Source: Octopus sinensis
Taxonomy: Eukaryota
DNA: 64,000 nucleotides
NCBI RefSeq assembly: GCF_006345805.1
Contig: NC_043014.1
Coordinates: 30,008,001-30,072,000, forward strand
Direction: 5' to 3'
Shown: positions 52,471-64,000 of the stretch, piece by piece
How the letters are laid out: every line of letters starts with the position of its first letter
How positions within the stretch are numbered: the stretch's first letter is position 1
Program-made: the position numbers and the translations under genes
The notes under the pieces: model-generated
Database searches by the model: none
Told to the model about the DNA's origin: nothing
The model's input: the letters and a program-made list of their open reading frames with translations, nothing else

Positions 52471-53169
52471 AACTTGTAAAACAAATCTCCACAGTTTTGA
52501 GGCAGCGGTGGGTAGATGGGAGCAGTATAGAGGTGGTGGTGGTGGCTTTGTGCCAATTGAAAGATTAAAAGTACAAAGGAACAAGGATAGGCGCCTGAAG
52601 AAGGTATATGAATACTTCAGCTGGAAGAGAAAGGAAAACAAGTTAAAGAGTAAGACAGGGGATGAGTGAGAGAGTAAGATAAAGAGAGCAATAATGAGGG
52701 AGATGGTGACGATGATGTGTTGAGAAATATCTTCGAGGCACATTGGGGGTGGTGAGAATAAGTAAAGTGATACAGAGGTTTGGACTGGATGAGTAGGTAG
52801 GAAAGAGGTCACTGTAGCAAATGATGGAATGAAATACAAGTAAGGTCTGGGAGCAGGAATTGCAGAATATATGTGATAGCATTGAAGGTGATAGGATTAG
52901 GAAAAATACAGAGGCAAGAAAGCATGGAAAGATGGTCATTGGTAGAGACAGTAGGTGGGGAAGATAATGGGAAATGGAAGTAGTTCATGGGTGGAGGGGA
53001 GGAAAGTAACTGATAAAGAAGGGGTGGTGGAGTATGTACCTACTCTGTTCTCAGGTGATAGAGAAATGATGGGTGTTAGGGGATGAGGTATGGGGAGAAA
53101 AGGTAGACAGATTAGAGACGGTAGAGGCAGGGTTGGGACTGAGCCCCTCATGAACAAGCATTACCAAGG

Positions 53170-55960
53170 TGGTTTTAGGATATGAAGTGCTGTGGTGGAC
53201 AGGTCTTCTGGAGTACAGCAAGGTGCCAAATATCTCGGTCTTTTGCAATCTTCTTTGTAAGACTCATCATCTTGAGATCAACCTTGAATATTTCATCCCA
53301 TGTTTCCTGGGTCTCCTCCTTCCACAGGTTCCATTCACTTTAGATGATCAGTACTTCTTTATGCAACAGTCCTCATCCATATGCATCACATGACCAAACC
53401 AGCACTAATTCCTCTTACATCTAATTTTTCTTTCTATACATTAGTGCTTTGTTGCACATATACACATGTCCACTGACATTGCACATCCAGCAGAGCATAC
53501 TTACTTCATTTCTCTCTAGTCTTCACAGTTTCTCTGCATTTAGTGTGCATATCTCACTACTATGTAGCATTGCTGTTCATATACATGCATCATACAATCT
53601 TCCTTTCATGCAGAGAGAGAGAGAGAAACCCTTGGATTCCAACAAAAGTAAAAGTTCACTGAATTTTTTCTATCCTCTTTTTATTCTAGAAATTACACAT
53701 TCTGTACATCCTCACTCCTGATTAAATTCCTTAGATAGCAAAAATTATCCACTAGCTCTAGAGAGCCTCCAAAGCATTTGAGAAAATCAATGTACCTTGT
53801 ATCAGTAGACTTTGTGGCTCCTGTATTTCTTCCACATACGAACACTACTTTATCCATTAATCTTCCTATTATTCCATTGCACTTCTTGTGTGTCCATAGC
53901 TTACATTGCATACACTGTGTGGAATTCCTGCATACACCTTTCTTACATATCAAGCAGGGTCATTTATGTAAAGAATATAGGGTCCTGTCTGTTTTCTTGC
54001 TTACTAGAACCTTGGTTTTTGCTAAGTTAACCTCAAAACCCTTTCATTCCAGGTTTCGCTTCCTTGTCTGGAATTTCTTTTCTAGTTCTGTTACAGATTC
54101 TACTATGAGAGTAAGATCATCAGCATATAGCAGTTCACATGGCAACTGGTCTTGAATTCTTCTGTTATGGCCTGGAGGACAATTATGAATAGGAGGGAAC
54201 TGAGAACTGAGAACTGAAATCTGATGAATGCCCACTTGTACACTAAATTCATCACTATATTCATGGTTAACTCCTACTTTACTTAGACAGAAACCTCTCT
54301 ATATGGCCTGTACAGCTTTCACAAGACATTATCTATCCCTAGCTTCCTCAGAGCCCATCATATCACAGAGTGAGGTACACTGTCAAAGACTTTCTCCAAG
54401 TCAACAAACACTAGGTACAATGGTTTATTCTTAGCCAAATACCTCTCTAAGAGTTGTTTGACTAAAAAGATAGCATCAGTAGTGCTTTTCCCTAACACAA
54501 AACCAAACTGCACTTTATCTGATCTGGGTTTATTTCTTTATTAATTGAGATATAACACTTTCCATAACTGTCATGACCTGGTCTAGTAATTTGATGCCTT
54601 TAATTGCCATAGCTGACTATAATGCTGCTAAACCAGTAATTGGGGATGACATCTTCCTGAGTAACCTGATTAACTATACAGGTGACCAACTTATGTCCTA
54701 CTCTGTCAGATATTTTAAGCATCTCAGCAGTAACTTCCAATGACCAAGGGCTTTCCCTGTTTTCATATCTTTAATAGTCTTATCTATCATACTGCTCTCA
54801 CCTCGAATAGCTGGTCCCTCTGTTAGGTTCACATGGGAGAGGCTCTCTTTCTCCCTTCATTCTCCATATTTAATATCCTTTCATAGTAGCACTTCCTCAC
54901 CTCTTCCTTTTCAGAGTCACTAAATGCAAGCGTACCATTATCCATCCATACACATTCCTCTCCCACAACATCTCTATTCTCTCTGATACACTGTCTAGCA
55001 TACCAGAGCACTTCAAGTCTTAGATCTTCACACTGTAAGACATTGACAAACCTCTTCCTTTCTGCTTCTACTCTTGCTAGATAAACCTGTTGCCTAGTTT
55101 TCCTCTTAGATACTTGATATAGCTCTTTGCTACCTCCATTTCCCCAGTTTTCCAAGCCTGTCTCTTTATTCTTATGGTCCTATCTACCTCATTTTTCCAC
55201 CACCATGTTACTTTCTGGCAAAGACTTTGCCTCACCTACAGATTTTGTCTGTAGCCTTCAGAACATTGTCTTATAAGAGCTTCTGGTTGTCCTCTACATT
55301 ATATGTCGCTAGCTCCTCCTCTTTCTCATCGAATGCTTTAATCAGAATGTCTCTAAATCTCTGACTGTTTGATGGATCTTTGAGTTTCCATAATTTTCTT
55401 TTCCAAACTCGTTTGTATCTCTGCGTCCACCTAGCCCTAAGTCTGAAGTCATTAACCACTAACTCACTAACTTATGCTGAGTCATACATTCCTCACTGGG
55501 AAAGGACTTGGAATTTACAAACATCTGTCTATCCTTGTTTCTGGTGACAATATAGTTAATCTGGCTTGAGTACCTATCAGATTGATGAGTAATTAGGTGG
55601 CTGGTTGACTTCTTGAAGTTAGTGTTGCAGACCAGCAAGTCATTTGCATCACAGAACTTCAGGAGACTTGTTCCCGCCTCACTTCTAGTGCCAAAGCTGA
55701 AGCCTCCATACACGCCATAATAAAGTCATTGTCCTTCATTGTCAAGGTAGTGTCCAGAAGGGCCTAATAGTTCTGTCCATCTACTAGTACAGCATGTAGA
55801 GCATATACAGAGATAAATGTTATTGTTACATTATACAAGATTATTCTTAACTTGATTATCCTATCACAAACCCAGCAAACATCTGCATTTCTCCACTCAA
55901 GCATTTCAACAATCTCACTAAACCTACCTTTCATGGTACCAACATTGATCGTAGTTGTTC
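53170..55960 (-). mobile_element. decayed RTE-clade LINE ORF (APE, RT, Cys-rich finger, C-terminus)
   Basis: INVGTMKGRFSEIVEML; GTSLLKFCDANDLLVCNTNFKK; ELLYADDL; CKKGVCRNSTQCMQCKLWTHKKC...FVCGR; WFGHVMHMDEDC...GRRRPRK. Many lesions and deletions. Confidence 0.92.
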
Positions 55961-56147
55961 TAAGTTTGTGGATTTAAAAAGAGTGAAAGAGCATGCAAGG
56001 GACTGTGTTCAACATCTGTGAAGAGAAAGGCGAATACTTTTTGGAGCACTTACCTGGAGTCAGTGCATCCTTTAAGATGTGAATGAAAGCAGGAATAGGT
56101 ATATATGCATATGCTACTCAATATTCACAATCTCCCTCAAGTATGTA

Positions 56148-57407
56148 CAAGGGTGAGTCAAAAAGTAATGCCATTTTCTTTATTTCATGTGATTATATCA
56201 TTTATGTTCTGAAATATTTTATTTCTTACTTTTCAGGTTTTTAGACTGGTAAGGACAAAGACCAGTAGAGCAGTGATTGAATTTCTTGTTGCTGAGGGGG
56301 CAAACACCTGTGAACATTCACCAATGATTACAAAATGTCTTTGCAGGCAATACTTTAGATTATTGCAATGTATGCAGGTGGGTCCATCGTCTGAAAGATG
56401 AAAATGTGGGAACTGTAAGTGTAGCCAATAAACTCCGTTCTGGCCGGCCGTCTTCTTCTGTGAATCCTGCCAATAAAGCAAAAGCAGATGCTCTGATCAG
56501 AGAAGACAGGTGCATAACTCTTGATGAGTTGGCTGAAAACTTTGAAGTGAGTCACGGAAGTGCTTACAACATTGTCAAATCACTTGGCTTTTCAAAAGTG
56601 TGTGCTCGTTGGGTACTGAGAGAGCTGACTACCGAACACAAGACTGACAGGGTCAATGCCTGCACTGAACTTCTCGAACAAAGTCAAAGAGACAACACCT
56701 TCTTTTGAAGGCTCGTAACAGGTGATGAATCATGGATTTATTATTATGAACCAGAATCAAAGAGGCAGTCAGTGGAATGGCGCCACTCTATGTCACCACC
56801 ACCGAAAATGTTCAAGATGCAAATCAGCTGGAAAAATCATGGCAACTATCTTTTGAGATGCTCAAAGTGTCATTCTAGTCAATTTCTTGCCAAAAGGAAA
56901 AACAATAAACTCTGAGGCCTACGTTGAGACCCTGACGAGGTTCAGAGCAAGACTCCAACGAGTAAGACCCAACTTACCAATTGACAATGTCCTCCTTCTG
57001 CATGACAATGCTTGACCACACACAAGCATCAGGACAAAGGAGACAATCGCCTCATTCAGGTGGACAACTTTACTGCATCCTCCATACTCACCAGATTTAG
57101 CACCTTCAGACTATCATCTCTTCGGCCCCATGAAAGAAGGTTTGAGAGGCAAACATTATTCCAGTGACAATGAAGTGAAAACTGTAGTGAAGAAGTGGTT
57201 CAAAGAACAGTCAACAGAATTTTACAGGGCAGGGATATATACTCTCATTCAAAGGTAGAACATTGCTATTGAAAGAAATGGTGACTATGTTGAGAAGTAG
57301 AGATGTGATCCACAGAGGACCAGCTTTATTTTGATGTATGATACATGTTCCTGTGTTGGTAATTATACCTGTCCTAAACAAAATGGCATTACTTTTTACT
57401 CACCATC

Positions 57408-57408
<1 letters not shown>
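56148..57408 (+). mobile_element. full-length decayed mariner (DD34D)
   Basis: ~28-bp TIRs (ggtgagt[c]aaaaagtaatgccatttt) with TA on both sides. RSGRP, ARWVLREL, TGDESW, HDNA*PH, HPPYSPDLAPSDYHLF, with 34 residues between the last two Asp. Several stops and frameshifts. Confidence 0.95.
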
Positions 57409-57461
<53 letters not shown>

Positions 57462-57544
57462 CATACATACAAGTTGCAATGGTAAATTGTTGCCATTTTA
57501 TATTTTAATTTGCACATGTGCAGTGTTTGTTTTTGATTTTGTGT

Positions 57545-57865
57545 AACAGGACTCTGTACCATGCTACACAAGTAGAACCCAGTCATGGCTGTCAGACAAT
57601 TTCTGCAACCACATTATCTCTAGCATCTGGTCATCTAACCCCACACTGCAGCCCCCTTGATTATTATGTGTGGGGCACAGTTGAGCGAGAGACCAACAAA
57701 ACTTCTTGTAACACCAAAGATGAACTGGTTTATGGTAGCATTCACCAACTCAAACAATGAGACTGTGCAGAAGAGTTGCAGGGGATTCTGAAGTTGTCTG
57801 AAGGCCACGGTTGAAGCCAATGGCAATTTTATTGAATAAATTTACTCTTTAGTATTTCAAGATAT
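57545..57865 (+). mobile_element. maT/DD37D-like transposase C-terminal fragment
   Basis: QDSVPCYT..RTQSWLSDNF...PLDYYVWGTVERETNKTSCNTKDEL...VEANGNFIE. Confidence 0.8.
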
Positions 57866-58250
57866 CATCATCATCATCATCATCATCGTTTAATGTCCGT
57901 TTTCTATGCTGGCATAGGTTTGACGGTTTGACTGAGGTCTGGAGAGCCAGTGGCTGCACTAAGCTCCAATCTGGTCTAGCAATGTTTCTATAACTGTATG
58001 CCACAAACAAAATCTGTTTGCAATGTTAACCTCCCTATGATTCCACTGTATCTCTTGTGTGTCCATTGTTTACACAGGGTACACTATATGAAATTTTCAC
58101 ATATCAAACAGAGTCATTTTCCTGAAACTTTTAACATAGTGTCTGTTTCGATGCATACTAGGACATTAGCCTTTACTAAGTTAACTTTAAGGTCCTTTCA
58201 TTCCCGGTTTTGGTTCCAAACCAGGAATTCCTTTTCTAATTCTACAAACT
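57865..58250 (-). mobile_element. internally deleted RTE: post-RT/Cys-finger segment joined directly to the 3' tail
   Basis: LKVNLVKANVLV...SGK*LCLIC..CTLCKQWTHKRYSGI.GRL...FVCG abuts the ggacattaaacgatgatg tail. Confidence 0.8.
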
Positions 58251-58280
58251 CAGCTTTATTTATAATTCTTATATATACTT

Positions 58281-58312
<32 letters not shown>

Positions 58313-58380
58313 ACGCATGCACATAAATTCACACACACAGACATGTATTTATATGAATTTATATATAGCAATATATATTA

Positions 58381-58429
<49 letters not shown>

Positions 58430-58535
58430 AATAATATACATATATAAATATGTAAAAAATATGATTGTATACACATTTATATACATGGATATATATGTGT
58501 GTGCATGTAAGAATGTGTGAAAGTGAATGTATATA

Positions 58536-58770
58536 CAGTCATCTCTTCCCATATTGTGGTTCACCTATCACAGTTTACCTATGGCTGTCTATTATTTAAG
58601 CTTAAGTCGATCTCTCTGAAGTGTTATTTTGCATTTATGATAAAATAAATATATTCAAACTATAAAAATAATTAAAAATATATACAGTACAGTACTGTTT
58701 CTACTTCATGGATTTTCACCTATCGCAGGAGATTTTGGAATGTAACACCCGTGATAGTCAGTGATTATTG
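58536..58770. mobile_element. Tigger/pogo-like MITE
   Basis: ta|cagtcatctc...ttcacctatc ... ggaatgtaacacccgtgata...gattattg|tgta; Tigger-style ends. Confidence 0.6.
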
Positions 58771-59486
58771 TGTATATATATATGTATATGTAAAAAACAC
58801 AAACTGGGACAAGAATGCAAAACATTTAGAAGACGATACAAAATACACAGACAGGACATTCGAAGCCTCCAATCTTCAGTCAAGAACCGGATCATCCTCG
58901 CAATTTCGGCTGATTAATCTTGAGATTGCTCCGACCTGGCCAGCCCCAAAGGAAAATCTAAGCCAAGCACATTAGATTCCTTGGAAGAAAGCCTCGAATG
59001 TATACAAAACAAGGACAGGAACAAATAAGAATACAAAAATACGTAAAAATAATAATGATAACATGAGTAAGAATACGAAAATACGTAAAAACAATAATGA
59101 TAATAATAATAACAAAAACAGGACGTCACAGACAGGCGTCTTTTCAACAGTACAGGTGAACTTGAGCTGACACATTGGAAAAATACCTTGAGGCGAAGAG
59201 AGAAAAAAAATGTGTCTAGCCTAGACGGCTGCTGACCACGAAAAGGCAGGATAGCAGTCCAAAGTTAGTCACGTGTGAGGAGAAGAGAGAGGAGAAAAGA
59301 GGGACAGAGGAAGAGAGAAAAAAGGGAACAAGGAACAAAGGAGGAGGAGAAGAGAGAGAGAGAGAGAGAAAGAGACAGATCAAAGTGGAGTGTAACGTGT
59401 GAAAGGCAGAGAAATGTAGGAGATGGGGGAGAGAGAAAGACAGTATTATAGAGTTGTACCATGTTTATATATATATATATATATAT

Positions 59487-60208
59487 ATCATCATCATCAT
59501 CATCATCATCGTTTAGGGTCCGCTTTCCATGCTAGCATGGGTTGCACGGTTCAACTGGGGCCTGGGAAGCCAGAAGGCTGCATCAGGCCCAGTCTGATCT
59601 GGCAATGTTTCTATGGCTGGATGCCCTTCCTAACACCAACCACTCCGTGAGTGTAGTGGGTGCTTTTTATGTGCCACCAGCACAGGTGCCAGACAAGGCT
59701 GGCAAACGGCCACGATCGAATGGTACTTTTTACATGCCACCGGCACAGAGGCCAGGCAAGGCTGGCAATGGCCACGATTGGATGGTGCTTTTTACGTGCC
59801 ACCGGCAAAGAGGCCAGTTGGGGTTGGCAATGGTCACATCCGGATGGTTCTCTTACATGCCACCGGCACTGATATCACAGCTACAATTTCCATTGATGTT
59901 GATCGATTTCAATTTTGATTTTCACTTGCCTCAACAGGTCTTCGCAAGTAGAGTTTTGTGTCCCAAGAAGGAAAGGTATGCATAAGTGGACTGGCTACAT
60001 CCCAGATAGAGGCCACGGGTTAAGGTTGACGAGGCAAATACCGATAGGGCACAGAAAGTGTGTCAATAGCCAACTGGAGAAGATGTTCTCCTGGGGCTAC
60101 AAGCTACAGTAACATCCACCCTTAGTGGTTAGCCATATTTAGATGGCAAATATACTTCACATTGTCGTGCAGTTACTGTCTATACCTCGTTCAGGGATTT
60201 ATTATTGC
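59487..60208 (-). mobile_element. longest RTE-family non-coding element (~720 bp) with four ~59-bp subrepeats and (ATG)n tail
   Basis: Same tail subfamily as the U6-fused sequence; no ORF; (TA)n on both sides. Confidence 0.85.
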
Positions 60209-60235
60209 TATATATATATATACATACATATATAT

Positions 60236-60269
<34 letters not shown>

Positions 60270-60434
60270 ATATATATAGATAGATAGATAGATAGATAGA
60301 TAGATGATAGATAGATAGATAGAGATATATATGTATATACATATTCATATATATATCCATATGTTTACATATATCTATATAATGTACACACACATGCACA
60401 TACATGCACACACACACACACATACATACACAAA

Positions 60435-60470
<36 letters not shown>

Positions 60471-60881
60471 TGGGTTTTCAAGTGTTGCTACAATTGATTC
60501 ATTAGGCATATTTGTTTTGATATAAGCACCATACAATTATTTAGATTACACAACACACTATATAACTCTCAAACTCATCAGGCACTTGTGTAAACCAGTG
60601 AACAACAGCTTGTTGAGTAATCTATAGAATTATCAACAAATGAATTCCCACTTTGGAAAACCTGATATTTAAGAAGTTTAAGGTGGGTGTGTCTCAAAGA
60701 TATCAGTCAAGAAAAGTAGAAAGTGGGAAGAGGTTGTATATATATAATAACAGGTATGGACATTAAGATTTATTAAACATAGCAATTTGCACACAGACTA
60801 GAGAAGCTATTTGCTATTTTTAGATAGGATCAGCTTTCTGTAACCTTTGTGTATGTATATATAATTCTCTCCTCTCTCTCA

Positions 60882-60958
<77 letters not shown>

Positions 60959-60970
60959 ATATATATATAC

Positions 60971-61069
<99 letters not shown>

Positions 61070-61596
61070 TATTATTAATACATATGTCAAGAGGTGAACA
61101 AAAAGAACAAAGCCAAGAGAAAAATTAGACGAAAGTACAACAAACAAAAAAAAACAACAAAAATGCAACAAACAGAAAACTAGACAAAACATATGTGTGT
61201 ACATATATATGGTGTTTCAAAAGCATTGACATCATTTGAAATGTGAATATCTGAGTATCTACATGTCCAAGGCAAACAAAATTAAATAGACTTCATATTG
61301 AAAACATAAAAAATTTATTTATCAAAATTTGAACAAGAGATTCAGAGGGATGTAAATTTTATAACTGATTCACAAATGTTCAATATGCACACCACCTGTG
61401 ACACGACACATGTCAAATTAGTAGTCCAGCTCCTGTCAACCACACTGTAGCTTGTCTTGCTTAACATTCCCCAGTGCCTCAGTGATTATCTGCTTGAGTT
61501 CCTCTAGGTTTGTAAGAAGAGTGTGAGGCATATAGACCAGTTCTTTCACATAACCCCATAGAAAAAATCATCAGATGAATGTGGTGGCCATTTCAA

Positions 61597-61693
61597 GGCA
61601 GTACATATACTAAAATTGGAGCGATACAGAGAAGATTAGCATGGCCCCTGCACAAGGATGACATGCAAATTCGTGAAGTGTTCCATATTTTTT
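61597..61693 (+). pseudogene. U6: U6 snRNA retrocopy (U6 nt ~12 to the 3' U-tract), 5' part of a U6/RTE chimera
   Basis: ggcagtacatatactaaaattggagcgatacagagaagattagcatggcccctgcacaaggatgacatgcaaattcgtgaagtgttccatatttttt. Contains ACAGAGA, AGC and the ISL. About 5 changes from the canonical metazoan U6, 3 at CpG. Upstream is transposase sequence, with no PSE or TATA. Confidence 0.95.
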
Positions 61694-61964
61694 GGCCGTT
61701 GCCAGCATCGCCTGGCCCCCGTGCCAGTGGCACATAAAAAGCACCATCTGGTCGTGGCCGTTTGCCAACCTCGTCTGGCACCTGTGCCGGTGGCACGTAA
61801 AAAGCACCCACTACACTCATGGAGAGGTTGGCGTTAGGAAGGGCATCCAGCCGTAGAAACATTGCCAGATCAGACTGGGCCTGGTGCAGCCTTCTGGCTT
61901 CCCAGACCCCAGTTGAACCGTCCAACCCATGCTAGCATGGAAAGCAGACGCTAAACGATGATGA
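61694..61964 (+). mobile_element. RTE-family 3' ~270 nt fused directly behind U6
   Basis: Begins mid-subrepeat (ggccgttgccagc) immediately after the U6 T-run and ends ggaaagcagacgctaaacgatgatga. Confidence 0.92.
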
Positions 61965-63367
61965 ATGTCATTATCACTGACATGCTTTAGCCATCTCTCT
62001 TGTGAGATAAGCTTGCAAAGTTAGCTTCCAGTGAGATGGAGCCCCATCCTGTTGAAAAATGAAGCATTTATGTTTATTTGCAATGAGCTCATCAAATAAC
62101 CATTTTTGATGCATTTGCAAATAAACACAACCAGTCACATTTCTCTCAAAGAAAAATGGTCCATAAAGATGATTCTTGGAGATTGTACAGAACACATTCA
62201 CTTTCAATGAATTCCTTATGTGCATCAGGATTTTCTTCCTCACAAATACAAACATTATACTTACTGACTTAGCCATTCATATGAAATGTGGCCTCATCAC
62301 TGAAAACAAGATACTTTTCAAACTCCTTATCTTCAAGTTTTTCTTGTATAGTGACATAGAATTGCATGCACTTTTCCTTGTCATTGGTATTTAAGGCTTG
62401 AATGAGCTGCAGCTTATAGAGTGTCATTTGCAAGCATTTCCTTACTACACACCAAAGTGTTGGGATCTTTTCGGTTTGAATGGCAGTTTTTAACATAATT
62501 TCCAGGGAGCTAAAAAATTTTAAACTTCGTATACTGGTAGAATGTGTTTATAAAACATCATTTTCTCTTGCCTTTCTTGAGAAAATTCTATAGTTTGTAA
62601 CATATTTTGTCTTTAATTTCTTGCATTTTGGCAATTTTAACCAATCGCTGACCGTCCATTGAGGTGAAAGCATTCTGTGCGTCATCAATATGTCCCTCCT
62701 TTAAGAAACAGATTGGGTTTATTTACATTTGTGAAGAAAAAAAGATACCCTTCCCCCACCCTTAACCCTAACTAACCCTAAATCTAAAATAGATTGAAAT
62801 GCAATAGATGATACTCGGGTCATAATTATGGGTGACAATTTCATATGACACTGCTAGAAAAATCTTATTATAATAATGAGAAGCGCTTAGAAATGTTGTC
62901 AACTGAGAATAGTGAAAAGACACACAAATATTATAAATTAAATTTCAAAGAAACTCTTAGCTATAAAATATTTTCTCATTAAGTTTTTAGTAAGGGTAGA
63001 ATTTACTTATTTTTAAGTTCAAATAGATATCTAAAAAATTAGCTGTACTGTGATTGGTATCAACAGTTATTCTTAAAATATATAACTAAAAAGTTATGTG
63101 AGGTTTTTGTAAATCTGTTTAATTCGTGGCCACTCGTACTGTATTATTAATAACCCATCATCTCTGTAAAGCCTTCTTTTCAATGTATGGAAGTTGTTAG
63201 ATAAATAGTCTTGCATAATCATATGTCTTCACAGAAACATCTAATCATTTCAAGAGGTAATATTTATCCCCACTGAAACTTGGATGTTCTGTTAGTACAA
63301 ACTTTACTGCTGTAGATACCATGAGAGAAACTTTCATATTGGCTTTTGGTGTAAAAATTACTGTTGT

Positions 63368-63492
63368 ATATATCGCTAGTGGGGAGATAAATCCCCACCA
63401 GATCATGTGATTTCAATCTTCCTTGGTCTTGTCAGTGATGGACACTTGACCACTAGAGATAGCAGCAACACATTTCCCTGCTAGTGATATAT
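63368..63492. mobile_element. small MITE-like inverted-repeat element
   Basis: atatatcgctagtgggga / tccctgctagtgatatat (15/18 inverted match). Confidence 0.4.
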
Positions 63493-64000
63493 AGAATAAC
63501 TACCAGAACAGGTGCTGGTATCACGATTAGCCAGTGAGTTTGTTAAAAATATATATATTCATGATAGAGGCATTATTAATACCAAGAGGTAATATTTATC
63601 TCCACTTAAACATGGATATTCTATTAGAATAAAATATACTGCAGTAGATACCATGAGAAAACCCTCATATTGGCTTTTAGTGCAAAAAATACTCTTGTTT
63701 ATATCACTATTAAATAATTTGTTTTCATTTTTTGGCTACAAGTAGAAATGTAAAAGAAAAAAAAAGTATTTGTATGCATGCACATATGATTATTTTGATA
63801 TCAGAATCACTAACAAGCATAATGGTTTTGGTGAAGGCTAAGGTTTTAAGAAAGGATTAGTAATATGTATGTATGCATGTTTGTCCAACCTACGCCTCCG
63901 TGGAAAATGGGCATTGAATGATGATGATAATGTTGGTATGTGTTTATATACAAACATATGTGTGTGTGTGTAAGTGTGCATTTGTGTATGTATGCATATA

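Larger units (their letters stand above)
61208..62500 (-). mobile_element. maT/DD37D-like transposase remnant interrupted by the U6 chimera
   Basis: YKLQLIQAL...LVFSDEATFHMNG; KVNVFCTIS...GPFFF...FQQDGAPSHW; LKWPPHSSD..DFFLWGYVKELVY...DMCRVTGGVHIEHL. Confidence 0.92.

Noticed and set aside
56051-56066. 16-nt minus-strand microexon with a perfect CAG|GTAAGT donor (also resembles the U1 5' end)
   Set aside because: It is too short to assess, lies between an RTE 5' region and a mariner, and the U1 match is only about 9 nt.
58845-58905. Hammerhead-like CTGAAGA / GAAA on the minus strand
   Set aside because: The spacing leaves unpaired extra bases at helix II and GAAT replaces GAAA; the fold is not convincing.
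59940-60205. HDV-like ribozyme at the 5' end of the RTE-tailed element
   Set aside because: A P4-like hairpin followed by GGCTAA and a GCCTCGT loop exist, but I could not assemble consistent P1/P2 pairings.
61597-61693. Functional U6 gene
   Set aside because: The 5' stem is truncated, there is no PSE or TATA upstream, CpG decay is present, and it is embedded in a transposase.
61572-61968. gatgaatgt as a 9-bp TSD around the U6 chimera
   Set aside because: The upstream copy lies within transposase codons (PHSSD), about 15 nt away from the U6 junction; the intervening LKWP codons are transposase, so the match is coincidental.

Overview
AT-rich, microsatellite-saturated metazoan DNA. The repeat repertoire looks like Octopus (inference; no search run). 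No complete host gene is visible, and almost all supplied ORFs are microsatellite or transposon artefacts. The window is a transposon graveyard. It holds about 17 copies or fragments of one tRNA/CORE-type SINE and at least 4 other SINE types. It also holds RTE-clade LINE remnants (endonuclease, RT, zinc-finger parts) with many short 3' tails, two Penelope-like elements (RT + GIY-YIG) and one restriction-like-endonuclease LINE end. DNA transposons include two TIR-bounded mariners, three maT/DD37D-like fragments, and hAT, piggyBac, Tc2 and Tigger-type MITEs. A few isolated candidate host exons have good splice signals. The most notable items are: (1) a near full-length U6 snRNA copy fused directly to the 3' end of an RTE-family RNA and inserted inside a DNA transposase, i.e. 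a U6/LINE chimeric retrocopy; (2) several hammerhead-ribozyme folds with non-canonical cores in Penelope-type terminal repeats, one in a retrozyme-like partial tandem; (3) a perfect 109-bp-arm palindrome; (4) a SINE flanked by a 50-bp duplication; and (5) local duplications with templated or inverted junctions.
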